DNA of 60,455 nt, counting the filler. It is 5 parts of 5 records of this genome, joined end to end, with 100 filler letters (N's around TTAATTAATTAA, not from the genome) between each part and the next. Parts side by side here need not be neighbours in the genome. Positions count along the whole stretch, not along the records: positions 6,863 to 14,307 come from SRR2962707_3321; positions 14,408 to 40,459 come from SRR2962707_3323; 3 more parts are not named here. One strand, given 5' to 3'. Each line of letters opens with the position of its first letter. Position 1 is the stretch's first letter. Position numbers and translations under genes: made by a program. This document shows positions 9,801 through 19,838 of the stretch, piece after piece. The notes under the pieces were generated by a model. That model saw only the letters and a list, made by a program, of their open reading frames with translations. It was not told where the DNA came from and searched no databases.

Positions 9801-11852
9801 TCGTTGGATGAGTACATGCGCATGTCAGCTGCCTACATCCCAGAACAAGCTTCGGATGGCAGTGCAAGTGTAACTCCATCTTCAACTGCGTCAACGCGCT
9901 CGATTGCTTCAACTCGGTCCTCAGTGTGGAGCACACCGCCACCGTTGGATGCATTGCAGAGAGCCCGGATATTGCAGCAGGTGACTGCGTGTGAAATCTC
10001 GCGAACACACCTAAACGCACCGAAGCTGAGTGCAATTTTGTGGGCATTGGTGACTCATCTGCTTGCTGTTCGCAGGTTGCCTCAGCGATTGCATTCATGC
10101 ATTCAAAGAATATTTCTCACCGAGATTTGAAAACGGGCAACATTTTGCTTGCTGGTCCCAGCGATAATTTTTCAGTCCGCATTTGTGACTTTGGATTGTC
10201 TAAGGTGCGCAAGTGCCCATGAACCAAAGCGTCACTGAGCGTGCTTTCGTTTGCTTGTGCTTGGTGATGTGTGTGTACGATTTCTTGAAATTGCGACTTG
10301 CCAATTCAATTGTCGTTCTGATACGGCAGTCTTGGGTCCCTGATGGCGGCAACAACTTGCTATTTTCAACGTCAAATGTTGGAACCCCAAGTAACATGGT
10401 GCGTGATTCTAAAATTGATGGTTATTGTCGTTGCCGAAGTGTACATTCCAACATCGCTGTTGCGATCACTGTTGATCATTGTCCCTGTGCTCTTGCGGCA
10501 AGTCATTTCATACAAAATTGACTCCTATTTTCCCAACATCTTTGTCTCTGTCAACCGCAGGCCCCTGAGCTCATTGTGTTTGAAACACGCGAGGGTGCAA
10601 CCATTGATCCCCGAGAATTGAACGGCATTGGAAAGGTGCCCAAAGCAACGCCTCAAAACGCAAACAACAAGAAAAATACAAAAGCTGAAGAGGGTGGCTC
10701 CCTTGAAAAACCGTTGCTTGAAGGTATCCCACCTGATGACGCCACCGTCGCCTTTTTTTGTTTTTGTGCGGTACAATCATTGCAATGGAAAGGTCGTTGT
10801 ACAAGGTGCTTTCAGTTGCTAATTTGCACTTCTCAAACATCGTTCGCAGGCAAAGACCTTGAAACCGGCAGCGCAGAAGTGGGTGTTCCGACGAACGATC
10901 AATCTGCGTCAACCTCTTCGTCCACTGTGGTGCAAGAGGCGAAGGTATGCACTTTGTTTGTATTGTCGTCAACGTTGGCTGCCGTTAGCCAGCATTGTCT
11001 AGATTTAAGCTGCGCGTTGCTTGATCTCCATGCTGAGAATTACATTTCGTTTTTATGCCCCACCGTCAGGCTGCTGCGTTAGGAATCGATCGCACGATCT
11101 ACGCAAAACACATGCACTTGAAGATTGATCCCCAGAAGTGTGACGTGTATAGCTTCTCCATCGTAATGTGGAGTGTTGCTGCTTGGAGGCGACCTTTTCT
11201 TGGAATGAATGTAGGTTTCTTGCTGCTCGCATGTTTCATCGCGCATCACACTGAACGCCCCGTGCCCTGAGCCTGTGTTCACAACATTGTAGGTCCTTGC
11301 ATGCTTGGCGCACATTGTCAATGGAGGTCGTCCGAGGTGTGATGAGTTTTTCGAGTCGCAGCAACAGCGCGAGGCAGCGCCTGCTCACCGAAACTCAATT
11401 TTGGTTGAACCACACCACGGCAGTGATGAGGTAGGTGCAGATTGAAGGGACACTCCCGTTTAGTTTCATGCAGTGTCGCATGCAAAAGAATCAATGCGGT
11501 TCCTTTGTTCCAGTACTTCTCGCCAACTCCGTTGCATATATTCCAACACTTCTTCGATTCAGAAATCGCGCATGATTTGGCCTGAGGCGTACATCGATAT
11601 TATGCAGCAATGCTGGTCCCAAAATGCTGCCGACCGCCCGAGCATGGCGGCAAGTCACACGTTTCATGCTATTGTGTTGATGCGTGCAGTTGGCGATTGG
11701 TACCGTTTGCAATTTTTCCCAACGTTAACAAACTGCACGGCTTGTCATCTTGCTGCCTGGCTGTTCAGACAATAAGTGACGATCTGCACTCCCAGTTCAA
11801 CCAATACTTTGGCGAGCGCGCGGACAGGGATCTAGGCGAGGCTTCTCTTTAG
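6864..11852 (+). CDS. Eukaryotic spliced gene (5'-partial): signal-like hydrophobic segment, 6 kelch repeats, TM helix, TKL-like protein kinase. Proposed exons: <6864-8218, 8406-8633, 8763-8832, 8977-9062, 9170-9374, 9513-9980, 10076-10204, 10330-10398, 10561-10723, 10850-10944, 11070-11210, 11293-11430, 11563-11649, 11769-11852
   Basis: Manual splicing at GT(or GC)...AG keeps frame and rebuilds motifs across junctions: NDM|WRL, GGG|GC...LNDVW, YIR|RKRR, GTGAAGTVY, VAVK, HRDLKTGN, DFG, GTPSNM|APE, DVYSF, CW...RPSMA|TI. Confidence 0.85.
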
Positions 11853-11944
11853 CCACACTGGTGGGACGCAGCGTGTAGCACGTGTACTTGCGAGCAAAGG
11901 GATTCGCGAAATAGCCTTGGAAATAGTAATAAATATAAACGAGC

Positions 11945-13984
11945 TTATGAGACCAATCCATCAACAATTGCAAAGTACCGTTTTCTAGCGGCCTCAAACG
12001 CTCTCTCCCCCTGCCCTTTCGTCCCAAGGTCGCCATTCTCGCCGCGCGGACTTTGTTTTTCTGCGTTGTGCGCTGCCATCCTCTGCAAAATGTTCTTTCG
12101 TTGCGTGCGATGCAGCGCCTGAGCAAATTCATAAAACCGAACCTCGTCTTGAAAGTATGGGTGCGCTTGAACTGCTAGCAGAGCCACCTGGTCCATTGCT
12201 GCGACCTCTGCATCGTGCGGGTTCGCACGAAGGTGGACAGTCCCGTTGCTACCTCCAACTTCAGTGCCACCGATCGCTTTCGCACCCTTCTGATTCACGT
12301 GGTTTGCTGCAGCAAAAGCGTCTAATGGCCAATCAAGTGCCATGCTGGTCAATATAACCAAATCATCAAAATGCTCCTGGAATCCCACCAGATCTACACT
12401 GGCGGACAGCGTCCGTTGGGCAGCTTGCAGCATGGACACGGAGCCAACGTCTCCCGGGCATGTGTGGTAATAGACATTCGAGAATGTAGGAAGCACTAAC
12501 GCATGATCAACCGCATGCAGCGGCGGCCCAAACTGACTCTTCAACGCGTTGTCCATTTTCGAAGCCAACCATGTTTCAAAGGCCTTTCCCGACCCCAATC
12601 GTGCGGATAACTCTCGCACGTACGTATCCATCTTGTAGTCGCGGTGAAAAAAGAACATCGACAGCAATCTGTCAAGTGGATTTCGTAGAAGCGTGATGAA
12701 AATCTGATGCTCGTCAGGCACGCAGAGGTTTTTGAAACCAGCAAGACCGCAGCGTTCGAGAATATCCTTGGCTTGATGTTGCCCACAGCACCAATCACAG
12801 TTTGCACTTCGGCCCAACCGGCTGGCTTTTGCAAAATCACACTCACGAAGCCCGAACACGTTGGCAGCTGCAACGTCGCGTACCTCAGGGGGAAGTTCTG
12901 CCGCCTCGGCCTCATCCTCCTCGCTGAGAAACATCTGAGTTGCCACCGACTGGAGTAGGCTTCCAAAAGTAGTTCCACCTACTTTGTGTGTCTTAATGAA
13001 CACTGGTGCCCGAGGTCGACGTGTGGAATTCTGGCCGTGCCATTTGTATCTTCGACTCAGTGAGCAATTGAGAGCCAGATCATGCACATCACAATAGTCA
13101 CGACGAGTCTGCTCGGCTCGTTTGGCCCTTGTTGCGAGCCGAGCTGCATTTCGTGGGGCCGCGTCTTCAACCATCGACTCTTGATCCGACAAAGGCGGCG
13201 TTGACGAAGAATAATCTTCAGCCAAAGTCCGTCTACTGAAATTCTGTTCCTGCTGTGGATTTATGAAAGAAAGTGCAGGTTGCGCCAAGAAATCATCGTC
13301 CTTATGTGCAGGTGGGTCTCGGTGTTCGCAGAGATTTCGAAGCCGAAGTTGCCGCTGGCTCGCTGCCCATGGCGACAAGTCGAAGTCAGCCTGTGCATAC
13401 CGCCCGGCAGAAACCCCACCATCTGCCCGTGGTTTCGGTCGTTGCCCATGACGACGCTCGCGACCTGCAGCCACTGCAGCGTGCGAATTCAACCGACTCG
13501 CTTTACCAGCTCGTTCAAGGGAGGCGACCGCCAACGGCGGAGAACGCGGAGACTGAGGTTCTCCCTCCAGCGGGAGCAGTGAGCTTGCGACAGCAATAGC
13601 AGCAGCAGCAGCAGCAGAAGCAGCTGAGACTTCCTCCGGCTCGCCCTTCCACCGTGCTGTGATCCACCACACAGTGCTCGCCACCCAAGCTCCAGTGAGC
13701 AGGAGGGCGAGCAAGCACCCAAGAACCGCCAACCAACGCAGCCAGCAGCTGCTGCTGCTGCTGCTTCTATGGTGAACAGGGGCGATAGGTGGCGAATACG
13801 GCGGTAGCCGCTTTGCGGGACAATGCGTCGGCACATTCCCCAGTGACACAGCGGCAGAGTGGTTCGTGGGGCGGTGGGCGGCGCACCCTCGCGCTCTGTA
13901 ACGTCGCTTTGAATCAACAACCTTGCTGGAGCTCGAGGGCTGCTGAGCGCTGAGCCCTGCGCTCAGGTGCCCACAGCTGCTCAT
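11945..13984 (-). CDS. Intronless type II membrane sulfotransferase (galactose-3-O-sulfotransferase-like)
   Basis: N-terminal TM ('WLAVLGCLLALLLTGAWV'), long stem, 5'-PSB 'FIKTHKVGGTT', 3'-PB 'ITLLRNPLDRLLS', then 'VDLVGFQEHFD'. Confidence 0.8.
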   Translation of the reverse strand: MSSCGHLSAGLSAQQPSSSSKVVDSKRRYRARGCAAHRPTNHSAAVSLGNVPTHCPAKRLPPYSPPIAPVHHRSSSSSSCWLRWLAVLGCLLALLLTGAWVASTVWWITARWKGEPEEVSAASAAAAAAIAVASSLLPLEGEPQSPRSPPLAVASLERAGKASRLNSHAAVAAGRERRHGQRPKPRADGGVSAGRYAQADFDLSPWAASQRQLRLRNLCEHRDPPAHKDDDFLAQPALSFINPQQEQNFSRRTLAEDYSSSTPPLSDQESMVEDAAPRNAARLATRAKRAEQTRRDYCDVHDLALNCSLSRRYKWHGQNSTRRPRAPVFIKTHKVGGTTFGSLLQSVATQMFLSEEDEAEAAELPPEVRDVAAANVFGLRECDFAKASRLGRSANCDWCCGQHQAKDILERCGLAGFKNLCVPDEHQIFITLLRNPLDRLLSMFFFHRDYKMDTYVRELSARLGSGKAFETWLASKMDNALKSQFGPPLHAVDHALVLPTFSNVYYHTCPGDVGSVSMLQAAQRTLSASVDLVGFQEHFDDLVILTSMALDWPLDAFAAANHVNQKGAKAIGGTEVGGSNGTVHLRANPHDAEVAAMDQVALLAVQAHPYFQDEVRFYEFAQALHRTQRKNILQRMAAHNAEKQSPRGENGDLGTKGQGERAFEAARKRYFAIVDGLVS

Positions 13985-14011
13985 TTTGGGATCAGTTCAT
14001 TATCACCACCA

Positions 14012-14070
14012 CCAGCAGCAGCAGAGCAGCAGCAGTACGTAGCGACAGCAGCAGCAGCACCACCAGTAGC
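14012..14070 (+). repeat. Imperfect (CAG)n microsatellite region
   Basis: Runs of cagcagcag upstream of the sulfotransferase start. Confidence 0.7.
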
Positions 14071-14270
14071 AACTACACGGACAACTGAGGGAACAAGCTG
14101 CATCGGTACCGGTTGTTGGGCAAAAGAAAATTAGAAAAAAAAGCAAAAGCAAAAACAAAACAAAACCAGTGTGCCGGCAGCGATACTCCCCTGTCTTGTG
14201 CTGGCTGCTTATTGCTTCTTGGGATGTGACGGTCCAACCGCTCTCGCTGGGGCTGCTGCTCTGGGCGCTC

Positions 14271-14307
14271 GAGAGACAGAGCGAGAGCGAGAGAGAGAGA
14301 GAGCGAG
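14271..14307 (+). repeat. (GA)n microsatellite at contig end
   Basis: Directly visible. Typical assembly break point. Confidence 0.9.
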
Positions 14308-14407
14308 NNNNNNNNNNNNNNNNNNNNNNNNNNNNNNNNNNNNNNNNNNNNTTAATTAATTAANNNNNNNNNNNNNNNNNNNNNNNNNNNNNNNNNNNNN
14401 NNNNNNN
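14308..14407. other. Artificial contig linker
   Basis: Same N44-TTAATTAATTAA-N44 spacer. Confidence 0.98.
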
Positions 14408-14410
14408 CAG

Positions 14411-14450
14411 AGCCTGTCCTGAGTTTATCGAAGGGCTTTACGTCGAAATT
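14411..14450 (+). repeat. Bacteroidetes REP-like palindromic unit (GCCTGTCCTGAGTTTATCGAAGG) within a composite repeat
   Basis: Related copies at about 14645, 28278 and 40261. Confidence 0.6.
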
Positions 14451-14635
14451 GATTAAAGAATCATTATTTCAATAAACCTTCGCTTCTTACTTTTTGGAGG
14501 TGATTACTTCAGTTGTAATAAATCCCTCTACGAGAAGTTTCAGAAGTTAAAAATAAACATAAAATATCCGTGTGTAAAAAATGTAGTTAGGAATTATAAA
14601 GTTTCAACAGTTTTTACTTAATAATCAAGATTTGA

Positions 14636-14722
14636 TTCCGCTAAAGCCTGTCTATGTTTGATTAAATGGTCTGCATCGAAATGAGTCAAATATTTTTTCT
14701 TTGAATACCTCGAGGTAGTTAA
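14636..14722 (+). repeat. Degenerate composite palindromic repeat (copy ending AATACCTCGAGGTAGTT)
   Basis: Shares its right end with the copies at 17183-17262, 30718-30795 and 40256-40350. Confidence 0.55.
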
Positions 14723-14892
14723 TTGCTGCTTAAAATTTACTTCAGTAAAAAAAGTGAAGTTTTTGCACAATAAAACAGTTTTACAATATTAACATTTATT
14801 AACATCTATAGTTTCTTTTACAGGCGTAAATAAAAAAGAGACCGCTTGCGTAAGAGGTTTTAGGAATTAAAAATTAACAATAAACAAACCCA

Positions 14893-15969
14893 ATGATGAA
14901 AAATCTTAAAAAATTATCGCAAAGAGTATTAATGGCTTTTGCAGTTTTATTTGTAGCTGCAAGTTGTAGCGACGACGACAATAATGGTAGCGAGGTGCCT
15001 TCTTCGGATATGGCTAAAGTAACTGTTAAATTAGTAGATGCCCCTGGAGATTACGAGAAGGTAAATATTGACATTCAAGATGTTATGATTAACCGAACCG
15101 ACGATGAAGAAGGTGGTTGGGAAACTATAGGAGAAATAAACGCTGGAGTTTATGACTTATTAGAGTTAACAGGAGGAGCAAGTGTTGTACTTGCAGATAA
15201 CGAAATTCCTGCTGGAGAAGTAGAGCAAATTAGACTTGTTTTAGGAGATAATAATACGGTTGTAATTGATGGAGAGGAGTTCCCTTTAAAAACTCCAAGC
15301 GCACAACAATCTGGATTAAAAATAAAGCTTGAAGATACAGAATTAGAAGGCGGTTATACGTATGAATTAATTCTTGACTTTGATGCAGATAAGTCGATTG
15401 TTAACGCTGGGAATTCAGATAATATTATTTTAAAACCTGTAATTAATGCAAGTACAGTAGTTAATTCAGGGAGAATTATGGGAGCTGTTACCCCAGTAGA
15501 TTTCCAGACATTGGCTTGGGTGGTTGCAGATCAAGATACTATTTCAACCTATACAAACGAGGAAGGACTTTTTGTTTTAAACGGAGTTCCTGCTGGAACG
15601 TATAACGTTATGCTAACTCCAGATGAGGCTTCTGGTTATGCCGAAGCAACAGTGGAAGAGGTAGCAGTAGAAAATGGAGAAGTTGCAGATATTGGAGCTA
15701 TTGAATTAATGCAAATTTCTGGTGGAAGTATTTCAGGAACAGTTGTAAATGCCGATGCTACAGTTACAGCATCTATTGTGGTAGATGAAGAAATTGTTTC
15801 TGCTGATACAAATGCAGAAGGAGTGTTTACACTAGAAGGGGTTCCTGCTGGTACATATGTTTTAACACTAACACCAGCAGAAGGTTCTGCTTTTAACATT
15901 AAGGAGATTACAGCTGTAGAAGTTGTAGACGGAGAAGCTACTGCTTTAGGCGATATTACCTTAGAATAG
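14893..15969 (+). CDS. DUF4382-family lipoprotein with two tandem carboxypeptidase-regulatory-like domains
   Basis: Lipobox 'AASC'. Motifs 'LVDAPGDYEKVNIDI', 'QIRLVLG', 'LKTPSAQQSGLKI', 'LDFDADKSI'. Duplicated 'G.F.L.GVPAGTY...LTP'. Confidence 0.85.
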   Translation: MMKNLKKLSQRVLMAFAVLFVAASCSDDDNNGSEVPSSDMAKVTVKLVDAPGDYEKVNIDIQDVMINRTDDEEGGWETIGEINAGVYDLLELTGGASVVLADNEIPAGEVEQIRLVLGDNNTVVIDGEEFPLKTPSAQQSGLKIKLEDTELEGGYTYELILDFDADKSIVNAGNSDNIILKPVINASTVVNSGRIMGAVTPVDFQTLAWVVADQDTISTYTNEEGLFVLNGVPAGTYNVMLTPDEASGYAEATVEEVAVENGEVADIGAIELMQISGGSISGTVVNADATVTASIVVDEEIVSADTNAEGVFTLEGVPAGTYVLTLTPAEGSAFNIKEITAVEVVDGEATALGDITLE

Positions 15970-15990
15970 TTAAAAATCCATAAAAATATA

Positions 15991-16029
15991 TTAAGAGTAG
16001 TCTAATCTTTAGGCTACTCTTAATTTTTT
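15991..16029 (+). terminator. Rho-independent terminator
   Basis: Stem TTAAGAGTAGTCTA / TAGGCTACTCTTAA followed by a T-run. Confidence 0.75.
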
Positions 16030-16121
16030 AACCTATTGTTAACAGCCACAGTCTAAATAAATTTTCAATTTGCGTCCTAATATAGATGGTGTTATATTGA
16101 TGCCTCAAAAAATTAACATAA

Positions 16122-17123
16122 ATGGAGCAAAATACTACGTTGGATATTAACGCTATTAACGAAAAAATTGAAAAAGAAAGTGCTTTTATCGATGTATTAA
16201 CCTTGGAAATGAACAAGGTTATTGTTGGTCAAAAACACATGGTAGAAAGATTGTTGATTGGTCTTTTAGGTCAAGGACATATTTTATTAGAAGGAGTTCC
16301 TGGATTAGCAAAAACTTTAGCAATTAATACACTTGCAAAAGCAGTGCATGGAAGTTTTAGCAGGGTGCAATTTACTCCCGATTTATTACCTGCCGATGTG
16401 GTGGGAACACTTATTTACAATATGAAGGATAATGATTTTTCTATTAAGAAAGGTCCAATTTTTGCAAACTTTGTATTGGCAGATGAGATTAACCGTGCAC
16501 CAGCAAAAGTACAGTCTGCTCTGCTAGAGGCAATGCAAGAAAAGCAAGTTACTATTGGAGATGAGACTTTTATTTTAGACAAACCTTTTTTAGTAATGGC
16601 TACTCAAAACCCTGTGGAGCAAGAAGGAACTTACCCATTGCCAGAAGCACAGGTTGACCGTTTTATGCTGAAAACAGTTATTAATTACCCAAAATTAGAC
16701 GAAGAGCAACTTATTATTCGTGCTAATTTAAAGGGAGAATTCAATAAAGTAAATCAAGTAGTTTCTATAGACCAAATATTAAGAGCGCAAGCTTCGGTAA
16801 GAGAGGTTTATATGGATGAAAAAATTGAAAAATATATATTGGATATCATCTTCGCAACACGTTATCCAGAGAAATATAATTTATCAGATTTAAAACCACT
16901 TATTAGTTTTGGAGCATCTCCAAGGGGAAGTATCAACTTGGCAATGGCTGCAAAATGTTATGCATTTATTAAGCGTAGAGGGTATGTAATTCCAGAAGAC
17001 GTAAGAGCCGTTGTACACGATGTACTCCGTCATAGAGTTGGAATTACTTATGAAGCGGAAGCGGAAAGTATTACTTCTGAGGAAATTATTAACAAGATCG
17101 TAAACGAAATAGAGGTTCCATAG
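16122..17123 (+). CDS. moxR: MoxR-family AAA+ ATPase
   Basis: 'LLEGVPGLAKT', 'QFTPDLLPAD', 'LADEINRAPAKVQSALLEAMQE', 'ATQNPVEQEGTYPLPEAQVDRF'. Confidence 0.95.
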   Translation: MEQNTTLDINAINEKIEKESAFIDVLTLEMNKVIVGQKHMVERLLIGLLGQGHILLEGVPGLAKTLAINTLAKAVHGSFSRVQFTPDLLPADVVGTLIYNMKDNDFSIKKGPIFANFVLADEINRAPAKVQSALLEAMQEKQVTIGDETFILDKPFLVMATQNPVEQEGTYPLPEAQVDRFMLKTVINYPKLDEEQLIIRANLKGEFNKVNQVVSIDQILRAQASVREVYMDEKIEKYILDIIFATRYPEKYNLSDLKPLISFGASPRGSINLAMAAKCYAFIKRRGYVIPEDVRAVVHDVLRHRVGITYEAEAESITSEEIINKIVNEIEVP

Positions 17124-17182
17124 GATTTTTGGAATAGCTAATAATGATTTGCAATGAATGATTGTTGCGAATTAAAGATTTC

Positions 17183-17262
17183 AAATCCCGACGCTCAGCG
17201 TCGAAATAAGTTAAATTTGTTTCGTTTAAATACTTCGTTGGCTTGCCTCGAGGTAGTTGATT
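17183..17262 (+). repeat. Composite two-hairpin intergenic repeat (CGACGCTCAGCGTCG ... AATACTTCGTTGGCTTGCCTCGAGGTAGTT)
   Basis: Two imperfect palindromes, with related copies elsewhere in the contig. Confidence 0.6.
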
Positions 17263-17275
17263 TTTAAATCGAAAA

Positions 17276-18142
17276 ATGGATACTAAAGAGCTACTAAAGA
17301 AGGTTAGGAAAATAGAGATTAAAACGCGTCGGTTGAGCGACCATATTTTTGGAGGAGAATATCATTCTACTTTTAAAGGTCGTGGAATGACATTTAGCGA
17401 GGTGCGGAGTTATCAATTTGGAGATGACGTAAGAAATATCGATTGGAATGTAACTGCGCGTTATAACGAGCCTTTTATTAAAGTTTTTGAAGAAGAACGA
17501 GAACTCACCATGATGCTTATGGTGGATGTTTCTGGGTCGGAACTTTTTGGAACTACAGATCAATTCAAAAAAGATATCATTACAGAAATTTCGGCCACCT
17601 TGGCATTTTCTGCTATGCAGAATAACGATAAGATTGGATTGATATTATTCTCAGACCAAATAGAATTATACATTCCTCCAAAAAAAGAAAGGTTTCATGT
17701 GTTGAGAATTATTAGAGAGTTGATAGAATTTCAGCCAAAAAATAAAAACACAGATATCAATGGAGCGCTTAAATTCATGTCGAGTGTTAGTAAGAAAAAA
17801 GTAATTGCTTTTGTACTGTCCGATTTTATGTCAGATAAATATGAGCATGCACTTAAAATAGCCGCCAATAAACACGATATTACAGGAATTAGAATTTACG
17901 ACGAAAAAGAAGAAAGCATTCCTAATATTGGTTTTGTACAAATGGAAGATGCCGAAACTGGCGAGCTTATGTTGGTAAATACAAAATCTAAAACTGTTAG
18001 AAATCAATATGCCAAATATTATTTAGATCGTGTAAATTATTACCAAACGGTATTTACAAAAAGTGGAGCAGGCGTAATTAGTAGTCGGATTGATGAGAGT
18101 TATGTAAAAAAATTATTAGGATATTTTAAACGAAGAGGATAA
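17276..18142 (+). CDS. DUF58 domain protein (MoxR-associated, vWA-like)
   Basis: 'FKGRGMTFSEVRSYQFGDDVRNIDWNVTAR', 'EEERE', 'DVSGS'. Confidence 0.93.
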   Translation: MDTKELLKKVRKIEIKTRRLSDHIFGGEYHSTFKGRGMTFSEVRSYQFGDDVRNIDWNVTARYNEPFIKVFEEERELTMMLMVDVSGSELFGTTDQFKKDIITEISATLAFSAMQNNDKIGLILFSDQIELYIPPKKERFHVLRIIRELIEFQPKNKNTDINGALKFMSSVSKKKVIAFVLSDFMSDKYEHALKIAANKHDITGIRIYDEKEESIPNIGFVQMEDAETGELMLVNTKSKTVRNQYAKYYLDRVNYYQTVFTKSGAGVISSRIDESYVKKLLGYFKRRG

Positions 18143-18165
18143 GCCAAATCTTACTATCAGGAAAT

Positions 18166-19836
18166 TTGAAAAAAATGATTAATTTAATATTTAAGAATAC
18201 GTTTAATAGGTTGCTTAACAAAAAGTCGAGCATTTTGTTGCTTGTGTTCTATTGCCTATCCTGTATTGCTTTTGCACAGTCTACCCCTCAGGTAAAATCT
18301 TCGGTAGATTCTACTTCTATAAAAATTGGAGAGCAAATTCATTTTACTTTTGAAGTTGAAGCAGATACAACTTCGCAGGTAATTTTTCCAGAAGGACAGA
18401 CTTTTATGCCGCTAGAAGTAGTAGAAGCTTTGCCTACAGATACGCTAATCAATCAAGATAAATTCAACTTAATAAAAAAATATGCATTAACGCAATTTGA
18501 TTCTGGGACCTATACCCTACCGCGTCAACAGGTAATGATTAACAATAAGCCTTATTTTACAGATTCTTTAAAGATTGAAGTAAATACAGTTGTGGTAGAT
18601 ACTACTAAGCAAAAAATGTACGACATTAAAGGCTTGGCACAGGTAGAAAAACCATTTGGCGATTGGTGGAAATGGGTGTTAGGAGGACTTGTTATTGCTG
18701 CTATTGTAGGAGGCTTATTATATTGGTTTGTTTTCAGAAAAAAACCATTAACACAAGAAGAAAAAATAGCATTGCTTCCGCCATACGATCGTGCCATTGC
18801 TGAATTAAAAAAACTAGACGAATCAAAATATCTAATTCAGTCTGAATACAAAGAATACTATTCTGAATTGACAAATATTGTACGTTCTTATTTAGAAGAA
18901 GATGTACATATTTCGGCTTTAGAAAGCACCACCGACGAATTAATTACCAAAATGGAAATGCTTAGAGATGCTGGAAGTTTAAAAATAGATAACGATACTA
19001 TTAGTCAGTTTAAAAATGTACTTCAAACAGCCGATTTAGTAAAATTTGCAAAAAACACTCCAGAAAATTCTGCTATTGATCGCGATAGAAAATCAATAGA
19101 ACAAATAGTTGTTAAAACTAAAGAAGCGCTTCCAGAACCAACAGAGGAAGAGCTAATGGAGCAAGAAGAGTATGTAGCCAATTTTAAACGTAAAAAGAAG
19201 CAACAGCAAATTAAATATGCAATTGCGGCTGGAATTGGAGTTTTAATTATTGTGGCTGGAATTTTTACCTACAAATATGGCTTTAGCAATGTAAAAGATT
19301 CTGTTTTTGGTCACCCAACAAAATCTTTATTAGAGGAGCAATGGGTAGGAAGTTCTTATGGATTTCCAGCTATTTATTTAGAAACTCCAAAAGTGCTTAA
19401 ACGAAATAATAAAATCCCGAAAAGTATAGAAGGCGCTGGAACAAATAGTTATCAGGTCTTTGAATATGGAGGCTTGCAAAGTAATTTTTATATTCAAGCT
19501 ACCATTTCTACTTATAAAAAGGAAGCCGATTTTGATGCTAAAAAAGCAATAGATGCTGCTTTGGCAAAAGTGGAAGAAGCGGGAGCTAAAAATATGGTTG
19601 TAAAACAAGATGAGGTAGTTACACCAACAGGAAAGAAAGGGAATAAAGTATTTGGAACACTGGAAATAGACAGCCCAGAAAGTAAAAAAACTAGAGAAGC
19701 AGCGTATGTTATTCTCAGTTTTGTGCAAAATGGAGGGTTTCAGCAGCTAATTATGGTGTATCCTAAAGATGATCTTTATGCAGAACAGATTGTTGAGAAA
19801 ATTACCAATTCTATAGATTTTAAAACAGAAAGCTAA
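18166..19836 (+). CDS. Conserved bat-operon membrane protein (BatD-like N-terminus, two TM segments)
   Basis: Signal peptide, 'IKIGEQI', 'LTQFDSG', 'ALESTTDEL', 'ADLVKFAK'. Lies between DUF58 and batA. Confidence 0.8.
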   Translation: MKKMINLIFKNTFNRLLNKKSSILLLVFYCLSCIAFAQSTPQVKSSVDSTSIKIGEQIHFTFEVEADTTSQVIFPEGQTFMPLEVVEALPTDTLINQDKFNLIKKYALTQFDSGTYTLPRQQVMINNKPYFTDSLKIEVNTVVVDTTKQKMYDIKGLAQVEKPFGDWWKWVLGGLVIAAIVGGLLYWFVFRKKPLTQEEKIALLPPYDRAIAELKKLDESKYLIQSEYKEYYSELTNIVRSYLEEDVHISALESTTDELITKMEMLRDAGSLKIDNDTISQFKNVLQTADLVKFAKNTPENSAIDRDRKSIEQIVVKTKEALPEPTEEELMEQEEYVANFKRKKKQQQIKYAIAAGIGVLIIVAGIFTYKYGFSNVKDSVFGHPTKSLLEEQWVGSSYGFPAIYLETPKVLKRNNKIPKSIEGAGTNSYQVFEYGGLQSNFYIQATISTYKKEADFDAKKAIDAALAKVEEAGAKNMVVKQDEVVTPTGKKGNKVFGTLEIDSPESKKTREAAYVILSFVQNGGFQQLIMVYPKDDLYAEQIVEKITNSIDFKTES

Positions 19837-19838
19837 TT

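Noticed and set aside
6945-11775. Treating the many contig-2 ORFs as separate genes or a decayed pseudogene
   Set aside because: Breaks fall at splice signals, and splicing restores one continuous frame with intact motifs.
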